Source of the DNA: Tubulanus polymorphus | Lineage: Eukaryota > Animalia > Nemertea | DNA: 64,000 nucleotides | Assembly (NCBI RefSeq): GCF_964204645.1 | Contig: NC_134026.1 | Coordinates: 2,627,950-2,691,949, forward strand | Reading direction: 5' to 3' | Part shown: positions 47,284 to 62,267 of the stretch, in pieces | Numbering within the stretch: position 1 is the first letter of the stretch | Layout of the letters: each line of letters begins with the position of its first letter | Translations under genes and position numbers: made by a program | Notes under the pieces: generated by a model | What the model was told of the DNA's origin: nothing | Database searches by the model: none | What the model saw: only the letters and a program-made list of their open reading frames with translations

Positions 47284-48982
47284 ATGGGTAAAACTAATAA
47301 AGATATGAAACTACCTGAAGTACCTCGTGGAAAACCCAAATCTGGACGGGTGTGGAAAAATACGAGGATGGCTAGGTGAGGATGAATTAAATTAGCGGAC
47401 GGTAGTCAGTAACCTGACTGTGGTTTAGTTTCACGATCGGATATTTTCACAAACCACAGTCAGGAATGGGAAGGTCATTTTTGTATGAAATCTTCGTCAG
47501 CCAATTTGACTGACGAGTAATTTGCCTGGCATTTCATTGTCTCTTAAGATATCTGTCTCATTTTTGTTGTAATCGACGCACAACAGATTCGTAGTTTGTC
47601 TGATACCTATAACACCTCACCTGACGATCTTAATCCATGGGCAAATCGGCCGTAAAGTGAGAGTAAATTTCCGTCCAGTCAACAGCTGCCATTTTGAAAA
47701 TTACTGGAGATGCCGGCACCTGTGGACTGAGGCCAGGACAACAGCACAAACTAACAAAGCGAAACGACGAAATTTAAAAAAATTAAAAAATCAACACTTA
47801 TTCACATTTTTCTTTTACCAGAAATGTATTATTTCATTATTTATTATGGAAAACACGAAGACTTGAAATAAAAGTTGGAAAACCATCAAAAATAAAAATT
47901 GTCGTTTCGTCTTGGAAGTTTTATATAAATCCTTGTAGGTCCCCTTGTCTTATCATGCCACATGTGCAATACAGAGAAATGGCGGCCAATGGCGAAATTT
48001 GTGGAGAAATTAATTAATTTCTCAAAATAATGTTGATTAATCACTCGAAACATACATAAAATTGGATTATTTCGAAAGGTACCTGTGTTAGTTTGTGAAT
48101 TAAGCCATTAATTGTGGACTGAAGTGAATAGAAAGTATATTTTTGAAGTGTTACTTTTTTCAACCGTGTTTTGGTCCTTGTCATCCCTAACGTTGGTATA
48201 AGCCCATCCGATTATAAAAAGCTTACCACCAACGATTAGGTAACTAACTAAGCGGACGGTAGTTAGTACCTAGCCGTAGCGTAGTCGTAGGTAGTCATAG
48301 ACGTAGGCGTAGGCGTGTAGGCCTAGGGTAGCCTCCCAAATTCCAGCAGCAGGAAAACCACACATTACAGCATACACTGACAGTCACAGTTGTCGAATTA
48401 ATTAATTTGATTTACTTCAATTCCTTCAAAAACATTGTACCGGTATTCAAAGTAAAAAAAAACATCATCGACATCCAGTGAGTTAATTTGCCGCTGCAGT
48501 TCCAACAACACCATTTGTAATGTCTTTTTTCTTTTTGGAGGGCTTCGGATATGGTGGCCATAAAATCGTTTAAGACATCATGGAATAGAAAGATGCAAGC
48601 TAAATCTGATAAAATGGCAGTTAAATTACGAGAGAAAGAATTGAAGGAAGCCCGAAGTGCAAAAAAGGAGGTAATAAATGAAGAAGGTTGACGCTCGGTG
48701 AAATATACATGATATAAAAGCGCATGTAAGGTGTCAAATTGATTTGTCTCATAAATCAGGCTGCCAGATTACGGAGTGAAGAAAAGAAGAAACAGAAGCT
48801 AGAGAATGAGAGAAAATCTGAAATTGTTCAACCAGTTAGTATTTCTAGATTCTTTATGACTTAGCAATTAAACAATTAGCTAGCATTGATTTAACCTCAT
48901 TAATATCAAATTGTAGATAAGGGACACAAGGAAGATCAAGAGAATGAAAAAGACACAACTAAGAACTATTGAAAAAAGATGA
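47284..48982 (+). CDS. CCDC86: Coiled-coil domain-containing protein 86 / Cgr1-family ribosome biogenesis factor (~120 aa)
   Basis: Exons 47284-47375, 48541-48670, 48760-48834, 48917-48982 translate MGKTNKDMKLPEVPRGKPKSGRVWK...KTSWNRKM...ENERKSEIVQPIRDTRKIKRMKKTQLRTIEKR*, matching the Cgr1/CCDC86 signatures PRGKPKSGRVWK and ENERKxEIVQ. Absent from the ORF track because exons are short. Confidence 0.9.
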
Positions 48983-50389
48983 GAACTGCCAATTAATGAT
49001 TGATTGTTGTGTAGAAATTGTAAATAAATGGAATATGCATTTTCTAAGTTATAAGAATACGTTATTTAGTTAGGGCCTATGTATGTGTATGATAGGATGA
49101 AGGAATCATGGATTCATTACGGTATTTGTGTCTTCAAAGAATTAAATATAACCTCCTCCAGATGATATCATATTTTTGTTTTCTAAGGCATTTGACCTAA
49201 ATGATGGTGACTTCATGGTTTGTAGCGAGACTTGTGGCTACTTGGGTCATACAGGGTCAGTCTGTTCATGAAGTTATTGCGATGGCTCGACTATGTCTTT
49301 CATGGGCGCATTTCACTTTGAAAGTAACACACTTTAAGTGCTTACCCTTACGACTACTACCTAGTCACTTGTTTGAAGATTATTCCATATCAATCAAGAT
49401 AAATCAAGTCTGGTTTAGATTTCGCCTATCATAAACACAAGGGACATATACATATATTTCGCAGCTAATGTCAAAACGGAGTCCTTTAAACTCAACAAGG
49501 CAGTTGAACTCCAGACGTCTGTCGAGTACCTATTCGTTCACATGTACCAAGCAGCCCTTGAGTACACGTAAAACAATTTCATCTCAGCAGATGTGTTTGC
49601 ATCCTAAGCTCTATTATCTTCAGAATAAGAAATGACCCAAGACACAAACACCTCTAAGAATAAACTAAAACATTTCACTTTTTTCATCTTTATTGTTTCT
49701 ATTTCTTAACAATCCAACACTGTTGTCGGTTTAGAATCAACTACAATGAATGTAAAATCCCGCTTTAGCTTTTGGTGTAGAGCTGGGAAATAACGTAGAT
49801 GGTAGAATATGAACCATATCAATAATAGGTATACCGAAATACAGAATTAGAACTATATTTTTGAATGACAATTTCACTACTTCCGATGAAACTTGTTACA
49901 TTTTCATTCAATAAAACAGACAAATCGCGAGCACCCGCTTCAGTTTTCATTTCAGTAAAATATTTCATTTTCGGTCTTTAACTCTAATCGAAGGCCATTA
50001 TATACATAGGAAATTGTACAGAAAAGACAATAGCACAGTCACTTATATTTATCATATTAGCGGAATATCAGTATACATTATATATACACAATTATCCATA
50101 ACTGTTTTACCTAAGTATAGCACCTATACTAATAATTTCAGAAATTATGATAAAATAGCTCGAAATACCTACGAAATAAATTAATACGGCTTTTGAAGCA
50201 ACGAACGCAATATCGATTCACGAATGAAGAACTTACTATCAAAAATTACCAGTAAGAAATCACTATTATTATATTAGTATTGTATGATAAACATTATTAT
50301 CTAAGAGACAACGGGTATTTCAGAAATAACAGATATGTACACCGTGCTAGGGTCGAGCAGCGAGGAGTCGAATATCTGCGGATTCCGAT

Positions 50390-50822
50390 TTAGTATTTGT
50401 GATCGGCGATAAACAGAGACTTAGATCCAGCCGCACTGCTGACACCTCCTTCATATTTACCCATGGCGGCGTCACCATTAGCCTGCAAGCAATAAATCAA
50501 GTTACAAAATAAATCACCAGCCTAAATTATCTCCTATTCTTTAATAAATCATTAAGATTCTTTACCTTAGCTCGGTTGAGGAGTTCTTTCTGGCCAGCGG
50601 CGACCTGTTCTTTCTTGCCCTGCCACGCTTGGAGTACACTGGCCTGAAGAGCTCTACCGTAGGAGAACGTTAAAGCCCACGGTTTACGTCCTGGGTATTT
50701 GTTGATCGCATCAAGATTGACAGTCGCATCTTCTTCTGATTGACCTCCAGAGAGGAATGTAATACCTGAAACACACAAATCAAGTTCAAAGATATACAAA
50801 CGATATAAAAATTTCTTATAAG

Positions 50823-50892
<70 letters not shown>

Positions 50893-52926
50893 AAAATATA
50901 AAATAAATAAATTGCAGCTATAAAAGGAACATAGAACAATAAACAGTACGAGACAAGACAGTTCTTACCAGCAACTGCAGCTGGTACTGTTCTTTGTAAA
51001 GCTTGTACGGTAGCCATAGCGTTCTGAACGTGCGAGAATTTCTTCGGACAGCCGTGTCCGGCGGTGACCATGTTCGGCTTGAGTAGAGTACCTTCTAAGA
51101 ATACGTTGTGTTCATTCAATGCTCGATACTGGTAGCTCAAAACCTGCCGACAAATACAACATCGATATCAAAACATCGAATCATCTCAAATTTAGTTTAT
51201 GCTGTTCAGATGTACAAATAATTTTCTGAGAATTTCAGATACATATTTTCACGCGTAAATACTCAACATCAGATATCACGATTAGGAAAGATATTCAGTC
51301 TTATTTCAATAACTTTATATACTATACAATGGCAAGTGAATAGGCATACTAACCTCTTCAGTAACATTCTGTGCCATGTCCAAGTCGTGATCACCATCTG
51401 GTAAAACTTCAGGTTCTACGATCGGAACGAGTCCGTTTTGCTGACAGATACTCGCGTACCGCGCCAAAACATTCGCGTTCTCAATCATAGCCTGATGAGA
51501 TGGAGTGTGAGGTCCGATCTTCAATACGCATCTCCACTTGGCGAAATCGGCGCCGTGCTTTTTGTACTCGGCGCAACGTTCGGACAAACCGTCGAGACCC
51601 TGGGTTGTACTTTCCCCATGAGTGCCGGCCAAAGGTACTACACCCTTATCTACTTTGATACCTGTTCAATTAAATCAATATTAGAATCATTTACAACACT
51701 GAATTAAGTAAAAGCTACTGAAATTCAGAGCATTTTTTAACTCGTTTTAAGAAACTAACAATTTTAGAATTCATCACTTCAGTTTTATTCTCATAGAAAC
51801 CTATTTAACTTGTATAGTTTCATATCAATCACATTATTCCAGTTAATGAAAAATCCGAAATAAACATAGTATCAATGTACTCTAGGATAATACAGATATA
51901 TCTGGATTAGGTTAAAATCCAAATTGGAATTTAGGTGAGTGACCGTGGTACGAGGGTATGATCGACGTGATCAAAATCTGGGCTCGATTGCCGACTCGAG
52001 AAATGGTCGACAATCAGGTTTCTGGCGGCAATTTGAAACCGAACCACTCCCCTCATTTAAGAAAACCCTGCACGATGGAACTATTCTGGAGTTGAACCAA
52101 AATCTGCATGAAGTTGAATTTGACCGTTTTAATCACCTGTGATGATGCCCTTGTCCTTCAACATTTTCGGGAATGGAACGCCGCCGTCGGATTTCTGGTA
52201 GAATGTTTCGTGGAACATGATGACACCGCTGATATTCTCAGCAATCACATCATCAGCGGAGAAGAGAAGTTGACGATAGTGTCGTCGGTTATCCTCTGTA
52301 TTCTCGACGTTGATCTGCGCGAATCTTTTGCCCATCGTTCCTGTGAAACAAAAATTCATCAGTTGTAGTATGAATATCACAACAGACTAGCCACTTCTAT
52401 TTGATTTGCTTTTCCCCAACTTATCTATAAATGTTTATTTCCCAGGCTTGATTTGATTCCCATCAATAAACACAGCCAAATAGGTAAAACATACAAGGAA
52501 ATTGTTTGGTTGTTCCGAAAATCAGAAATCTAACTAAATCTCAACAAATACCCATGACTTTTCATTTGATTTTCAGCTTTTCACGAAATTCCTCGACTTT
52601 TTGAAAATTAAACAAAATTCCCCAACTTCTGTCTGATTTCCTCAGGCAGAACCTAGAATACTTTCTATAAAAAGATCCTGTTTGGAGTCTTATAACGAAA
52701 AAAATGTTGTTCTTCCTATTATAGTGCATCTTACTATCTATCAGCTTCAGATCGCTATCACTTTATTTAACTTAATAAGATCTATAGTTTTTACCAAAAA
52801 AAACATACCAGTACTCTCGTCGGCAGCCAAAATTCCTTTGCCAGGAGCTACAATCCTGTTGGCGATGTCAGCCAATTCTTTCTTCTGTTCTTGAGAAAGC
52901 GCGCAAACATATCGGTTGGTGGCCAT
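50390..52926 (-). CDS. ALDO: Fructose-bisphosphate aldolase, class I (365 aa)
   Basis: Exons 52809-52926, 52137-52340, 51354-51661, 50969-51143, 50566-50765, 50390-50482. Motifs [46 protein letters not shown], Schiff-base [36 protein letters not shown]-terminal Tyr. Confidence 0.97.
50829..50890. repeat. (TA)n microsatellite
   Basis: ~60 bp AT dinucleotide run in aldolase intron. Confidence 0.95.
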
Positions 52927-55003
52927 TTTGATGACAGGTCTACAAACAAGATTTACAAATTTAATTCTTTACCAAGTCCATAGATTCTATTGGCTAATCC
53001 AGATCAGGTGGTAGGCACACAGAAGAAAACGAAAGTAATGTCTATAGGTTAAACTCGACTACATATTTATAGCCTAATTGGAATTTTTATTTATCAATCA
53101 GCCTATGCATGGAGTTGGACACACCTCCACGTCATCCAATCAGAAACCTGTAATCAATCAATACGGCTAACTGCTGTTGACATGAACATGTTCAATGTGT
53201 CAAATTCAATTCATGCAATCAAACTAATTACTGGTACAGATTAAAGCACATTCTGAGAAAATTCGCTCCAAAATCTAATCTTCGGCAAGAAATCTGGGTG
53301 ACCAAAAAAGGAGGTCGACCTCTCCGGTTTTTTCCTGACTGCTGGGAGGGAGGTCATATCTATCTTAAATTATGATCCTTTTTCTCACTGAATCAGTCAT
53401 GACTAACAACACTAAAATACCACATTTTGCTGCACTTTAACGTTCATTACTCTGTGAACTAATCTGGAATAAAATCAAATCTCAAATTTCATTCGAATAC
53501 TCACTTTTTCCAGTGGAGAAATGAAGTGCAGTCCGGGAGCTCAGCTCGACTCTTTAGAAGTAACCTTCACTCGTGACCTCATACGCCGCACAGCGCATGC
53601 CTGTCAAAATTAGCACCTTGCAAAAGTAGTTCCAATTTATTGATGGTTTTATTTGGTAATGATGTGAAACATTTCAGATATGCGATATATTTCCCACCAC
53701 TGTGAACATTTGTATCTTTTCTAATGATTGTAAATTCACCATTTGGTTATTTTAAAGGAATAATTTCAATGCGATAGTAGACTGGTTGCCGGTCTCTACC
53801 TTTAGTTGACTGCGAATGCAGAATTGAACAGGTAACCAGTCTAAAGTAATAGAAGTAGCCCTTGCACGCGAGGTCGGTACTCATCGGACTACGGCCCGGA
53901 CAATAAATACGGCTCATTCATGCATGAAAGACGTCAATACACTTGAAGGTTTATTCCGTTCGGTAATACCGATAAGGTCTCCGTATTCCATCTAAAAACG
54001 CGAAAGCATACGTTTTCACTATGAAAAACATTTTATTGTAAATGTCAACCTTTTTCCAAATTTACATATAATAAAATGGTACAGATCCGAGATAGAGAAC
54101 TCAAAGTTACCACAAAATGTGCTAAATTATGTTCAGCGGTGCAGAAATGGTCAAGTTGGCAATACAACAAGCGTTCAGACAAATACACTGATGACATTTA
54201 ACAGGTAATATAAATTATAAAACGTTTACAACTTTCTGTATGCATCATTTCTACAGATTGCGTAATTTAAACAAAAATTTGTTAACTAAAACAGAAATCC
54301 CACATTCCTTCAATACGAGTAGTTCTTTACTAGAAGATGGAAGAAGCCCACATCTGTTTGAGGAGTTTGAAAAATGAAGTGCTTAATTTACCCAAGAAAA
54401 ATAAAACAGTGCAACAAGTCATTGATGGTGTTAGATACAAACATTTAAATACTTTATCAAATGCTGTTTCTTGATTAGTATATTTAATGCAATGGAGTTG
54501 CATATCATACAAGTACAAATAAGACTGGACTCAAAGCAATATTAGTTCTAATTTCTTTATGATCCACGGTTACGATAACCAATACATACTTTAAACTAAA
54601 ATAAATAGACATACACAATAACATTCTCTACTACAACTGAATTAAAATCACAACCAGATCCAGTTCCAAGGTTATGGGTTAAAGTCGACTGAATTATGAA
54701 TAATCAAATATTTCAATCCAGAACTAGGAAACTGGTTCTTGGATGGCCTGGCTTTACCAATCAGGGCTGGAGACCTTTGGTTATATTTTCCCCGTTCAAA
54801 GAGAGTGAAATCTGAAGGAACTAATTGGAATATCTCCTCAGTGAAGCCCAGCAGTTTGAAATGAGATGAGAGATGATTGATTGCAGCATCGATGATCAAT
54901 GAACAAAACATACGTTTACTTACAAAATTAAACACGTTATTCTTTTCTTCAAATTGTTACAAAAATTACTTTCATTTCTTAATAACGCCACCCTATAATA
55001 TCA

Positions 55004-56374
<1,371 letters not shown>

Positions 56375-56700
56375 TTTGACAAGCGACGTCTGAATAACCG
56401 GCTACTGAAATTAATCCTAACTATGCCACGTTCGCTTAATGGTGGATCCACAGTAAGTTACGGACTCATGGATCGGACTGACCCGCCAGTAACCCGTGAT
56501 AGCGGCAGTGCGCAGCGCGACGGATAAAACGTCCCTGTGATATTCTCGGAGCTACCCTGTTTGCTCATCTTTCATACTAAAACAAAACAACATTTTGATA
56601 AATTTTCATGTGACATCGAAAATAAACAAATGATATCCTGGTTGTGACGTGTGTGTGTGACATTTTGACAAAGAATTTATGGTAGGCTAAATATTCATGC
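56375..56700. promoter_or_regulatory. Compact bidirectional promoter between TMED2 and SLC15A4
   Basis: Divergent genes with ATGs ~550 bp apart; CpG-rich core ~56480-56530; probable SLC15A4 5' UTR exon ending at donor ATG|GTAGG near 56681. Confidence 0.45.
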
Positions 56701-56920
56701 TTAAACTGTGTGTGTAAATAAGTTTTTTGACTTGTTTTTTGGGGGAGGGTTCTCTTCTGGGCAGTGATTAATTACATAATTAATCCAAATTGAAAGTTGG
56801 ACGTTTTTTAAATGTTGAAGCTCTTTTCTGTTATGTACACTTTGTATTCAAATTTTCAGAAGTAAAGGAAGAAGTCGAGTTGAATGTCAATATTCTGATG
56901 CGTAGTATTATGTGCACGAA

Positions 56921-58341
56921 ATGTCCTCAATACGCAATAGAGTATCAACCGATGAAAATACCAGTCTTTTATCAAATACGAGCAGTAACGCTGGTGCCCC
57001 AGCTACCGGTCAACGCTTGATTCGTAATGGGACCGATTCCAGTCCGAAGCCCTTCGCGAGAAAATGCGCGTGTGCAGCTATCCTGGCTTCGAACACTTTG
57101 GAGCGTCTGGCGTTTTACGGCCTGACGGGAAATTTCATCCTTTTCCTTCAGCAAAGTCCATACGTATGGATGTCGTACAACGCTACGAATGGACTGTTTA
57201 TCTTCATGGGTTTGACGTATATGTTATGTCTATTCGGAGGATGGCTCGCCGACACGTATCTCGGTCGATGTAAATCGATATGTTTGTTTTTCCTGATTTA
57301 CATTTGCGGCTACATTTTCATGCCGATTCTCGGGTCGCCGTTGGATTGGGCGACAGAGAACGAAACGACGAAATTGCCGGCTATTTGTCCGCACGGTACG
57401 AACAGCTCTCCCTCGTCGCCTTGGATCCCGCTGTGCGAAGGCGACGATTGTAATCAAACCGAGATCGTGCAAAAGTACGGTCAAATGAAGCCGGCATATG
57501 CGGAGAATTGTTCGTGGGTCGTGTATCTTTCTATAACTCTGATGGCTATTGGTTGTGGAACGGTGAAAACGAATATTGCTCCGTTTGGAGCGGATCAGGT
57601 CAGTGAGGGGTTAACTGACCGGTGATATAGGATTAACTCTAGTTGTCATTCTCTAACAATATAACGTAGTAGGCCTAGGGGAATTCGTACATTGTCCAGT
57701 TTTCAGACTAGAAGAATAAACTGAAGTCCATTATTGTATAAAATTATAACAAAGTCCATCTTTTTAACGACCAGTTCTCAATACTTACATCAACATCTTT
57801 CTGAAAATGAATATGCTGATTTTAACACAAATTCAACTCATCCATTCATTATGACACGATTTTTGGTCTCAATGAATCGGTTTTTGACGAAGTTTCAGTA
57901 ATTGTCATCAAACTAACTGAGTATGGTTCGATTCTATTTCGTAGGTTCGAGGCGGCGGACCTGAAACAATGCGAGGATTCTTCAACTGGTTTTACTGGTC
58001 TGTTAACATCGGCTCGTTGCTCGCGCTCGGACCGATCGCCTTTTTTCAGCAAGAATTCAGCTTCTTCATCGGTTATATCATACCCTGCGCTTGCCTCGGA
58101 TGTGCGTTGCTAGTGTTTCTTGCAGGTGAATAAAAATCCCAATAAGAACGGTAAAGTTGCACAAGTCTGTCTTGATTTGTAATTGTCTTTTTTGCGAATT
58201 TGTTCTAGGTTTACCTTGCTATTCGATTAAACCGGCGACTGGTAGCATAATCGGTAATTGTTTTCGTGTGTTATTAGAAGCGTGCCGAGTGAATCACAAA
58301 AGACTGAAAACCAACAGAACTATGTACAGGTATGTCATCAT

Positions 58342-58375
<34 letters not shown>

Positions 58376-60660
58376 TCCATCATCATCATCAATTGACGGA
58401 TCCATTTGAGGCTTTACAGCCTATTAATATCCGCTTCGATGACTCGCTTTAAGTTGCCATACGGCAGTAACCCAGCTTTCGCTTGGAAAAACAGCTTTGA
58501 TTAATCTTGATTAATTTCGCTTTCAAGACACAATTTACCCTTGTTGTACTAGGGCAGGCCTAGTAGTAATATACCTGATTACATTCTCAGAAAGTTAAAT
58601 CATATAAAAACTATTAATTACTCCGATTTTCGAGAATTTCATGATTCATACTGTTACTGAAATCATATCTGTTGGAAATAAAGAGAAGTGCGCCCATTAC
58701 AGTGTGGTACTCCAGAGAAATCCGGCAACCTCCATTATAAATCAATATGAAGCAATGATCCCGTCCAGTTCTCATTCTGCCAGGGCATTAGGTTGTCTAT
58801 TCAAAGTAAACCCCCTTGGGGTCCCTTTTTGTCAGTTTCCTTTCTTTACTATGTAGAAGTACTTTCTTAATAACATTTTCGTTTTGCGTAATAGTGATGA
58901 CTGTATTTTGCAGTTTTTTGTAAAGAAATAAAACTTGTAATGATAATAATCCCGCACTAGCGAGAAAGATGAAGTCCGAAAAGGCTTATGATTTATTCTT
59001 TGACGTTTTGACTATAACCTAGTTGGAAACTTATCGGTCCTCATCTTTCGTTCTATTAGTATGGGATTCTCTATATATCGTCACAACATGGGCTCATAGT
59101 GTTTCATCAATCTTTCCTTATAATTCAAATATTGTCGGTAAAAACTGTTTGAAATCATTGCAGTATCACTGAATCGTCTAGTTTCGATGAAGCGGGATCG
59201 TGTATAGATTACGCTAAAGTTCGCTACGGCGGAAGTTTTCAAGATTCGGTTGTCGACGATTTAAAAGCCTTGTTGAAGATCGTGCTGATTTTTGTGACAA
59301 TGATACCGTATTGGATAGTTATCTTTCAGGTAGCGTAACTTCTTCTTGTAGCTGATTCAATTGATGCTAGATTTTTTATGAACTAATCGATTTTGTAAAT
59401 TTCAGATGGAAACTACATTCCTTATTCAAGGTTTACATATGCGTTTGAGATGGGGAAATATTCCAAACGAAACAATAGATCCCTTGTCTAATTCAACGAA
59501 TCCTTTCCCTCCGAATAACAGTTTTCAGGTTTGATATTTATTCAAAATCCATTTCTTATCATTTATTTCTGTAGTTAAATTTGATAACATTGACTACCGA
59601 TATAATATAGACTTAATATAAACATTAGGACCTTTTTGTGGATTTAGTCTAAAATCATAGCAATGGTTTTAGCTCTATGTAATATAACTGTCTATTTTTG
59701 TATTCAGTTTTCGGCAGCAACTCTCTCTTTATTCGATGTTGTGGTCATCATTATTCTCATTCCACTGATGGATAAAGTATTGTATCCATATTTCGACAGA
59801 AAGGGTCGTCCGCTGACGTTATTTTCTCGGATCACCGTGGGTATGGTGTTCGCAGCAGTTTCTATGCTTGTTGCTGGTATCGTTGAGTATTACAGACTCA
59901 AGATTTACTGGCGGAACGATCGTCCGAATCCAGTTAATCAGAAAATAGGTAATCTACTGCTATCATTGCTGCTTGATACCTTCTCTTAATGAACTTATAA
60001 ACATGATTCGATTCATTGAATATTTTTTTTAACATGAATGATTTCAGGTAATCGCTGGTACTTTGCTGCAGATTTGAACATTATGGTTCAGATTCCTCAA
60101 TACACTTTGATCGGTATTAGTGAAGTGTTTGCCAGTATAGCAGGTGTGTGACGCGAACAACTAAACAAGGTGCATTCGCTTGAAGTAATTATATATCTTA
60201 TATCGAACATATTTTCTATTTTGTAGGTTTGGAACTGGCATATTCACAAGCTCCTCGCACAATGCAAGGAGTGATAATGGGATTTTTTTGGTTTTTCTCC
60301 GGAGTTGGTAGCTTTTTGGGAACGGCGATTATGCAGTCATTCCAAAACGTTTGGTTTTTCAGTTGGGATCTTGGCGATATCAATTGTCGAATACCGTGTC
60401 CTCATCCACACCAGTCGAAATGGTGTCACGAATGTCATTTAGATAACTACTTCTTCGTCTTAGCCGGAATTCAAGTGTTTGGAATATTCTTATTCATTAT
60501 CATCTCGTACAAGTTAAAATTGTTGACAGTCGTTACTAAGATACATGTGCCAAATTCCCTGATAAATAGAAGGTCTTCGGGTGGAAATGTTTCTGTAAGA
60601 AGTAGAAGCATCGGCAATTCCAGTACCATTAGTTACGGGTCGTCAAATTTTGAAATCTAA
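56921..60660 (+). CDS. SLC15A4: Solute carrier family 15 member 4-like (PTR2/POT peptide-histidine transporter, ~679 aa)
   Basis: Exons 56921-57598, 57945-58125, 58209-58329, 59164-59329, 59406-59528, 59708-59948, 60048-60143, 60227-60660. Motifs [71 protein letters not shown]; N-terminal dileucine ENTSLL. Probably co-orthologous to SLC15A3/SLC15A4. Confidence 0.9.
58336..58390. repeat. (CAT)n microsatellite
   Basis: Imperfect trinucleotide run just after an SLC15A4 donor site. Confidence 0.9.
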
Positions 60661-62123
60661 CCTATCTAGATCATTGATGCCTTTTGGGTTGCTTTGATTG
60701 ATTGAGATTTACAATTTGACGTTTATTGTATATACAAATGTATTTTTGTAATTACATGTACGGTTTGTATATGTAAAACAGCTGATAGTTGTTCTATTCG
60801 CTGGTTTTAACTGGGCTTATTCTTAATAGTTGTGCAGCATCGCTTCATTAAGGTTCACTATGACTTATCATGTATAGATAGATAGATATTCATGTAATCA
60901 ATGCAACGACTATCATTAAATATAGTGAACGTATTACGATCATCGTTAATGCTAAATATCAACTTCGATTACTTTTCATAATGGTGCTGTAAATTCTGTG
61001 ATATCATACGATGTTTAATTTTTGAAAGATCGAATCTTTCGATTTTAAAGGTAATAACAAGCTTAAATTAGGTAATTTTGATTTACGAATTATTACGAGC
61101 ATTTTCTATAATATAATGCGCTTTAATAGCTAACAGTTCTACAGATCATTCAATAACTGTAGTATATATTATCAATAAAATTGATATATGTTTATGTATT
61201 TATATATTTGTTCTTTCTATTTTTGTTTACCATTCTGAATATCTTCTGTTCGTTAAAACGGATCGATTGTTCCACTATGAAATTATTCTATTTGGAGTGA
61301 AATTCTAGGTTCGCGATAACTGAAAAACGGTTATATCCAAGGTTCCGCTGTACATCATTTGGAGGTGTATCCTAAAACCTGGAATTCATGCGTCAACAAG
61401 ACTTGTTCCGGCCAATTCAGCACTTCAGAGAGGAAAACCGGAGGAATAACTGAGGACATGAACATGTTGAACACAAGTCAAAAACATGTTTGAAATATTT
61501 ATTGTGAAACAAAGTTTATTGACACCTGTCCACTATGCAAAGTTACACAATGTTAATTAATTTATGTATTTAGATATATATATATGTATGTACTACATAG
61601 CTGGTTATAGTAGTATGTAAATATATAAACAAAATAAAATAACAAAACTGTATATAATTGTGTACAGTACAACACCGCTAACACGTCTCAAGAATTAAAA
61701 TATCAATAAAAAATGTGCAGTATTTATTTATATCTATTATCGTGCACTAAAGTCTTATTTGAAGTACAACGAGGGTATTGTTAAGATAATAGGCTGCAGA
61801 CCGTAGATAAGTAGCAAATCAAAGCCGGAAACATTTAATAACATGACGATTATATCAGTAACCTGAATAAGACAACCTTATAATATACTGGTCGTTAACC
61901 TATACCAAATTGGTATTGATACAAATTATGAAATACAAATGACGGCGCACGATATTCTTAAACGTGTTTGTTTCTAAATACATGTAGTCAAATTTAATAA
62001 TCTTCGTAAAAAGATGAACAGAAATTTTCTAAAAATTATCAGGTACTTAGGGAATAAGCTAAAAATGCTTAGGAAAAAACACGGCTAGTGGGGTTTCTAG
62101 TTTATCAAATGATTCTCATTCAT

Positions 62124-62267
62124 CAGGGCCGCACCTAGCGGGAGGGCAGTTGCACCCTCAAGAAATTTTGGAGAAGTTCCTTTTTTGCAAATATTTTTAT
62201 ATGCAATAGAACTGCTCTTCTTCGGGTTTCTCTGCCCCCTAAAATCCAAATGCAAGGTAAGGCCCTG
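62124..62267. mobile_element. Degenerate MITE
   Basis: cagggccgcacctagc ... gcaaggtaaggccctg inverted ends; GC-rich island in AT-rich 3' UTR-like sequence. Confidence 0.45.

Noticed and set aside
58258-58452. Poly-His / poly-Ile ORFs
   Set aside because: Read-through into an intronic (CAT)n microsatellite.
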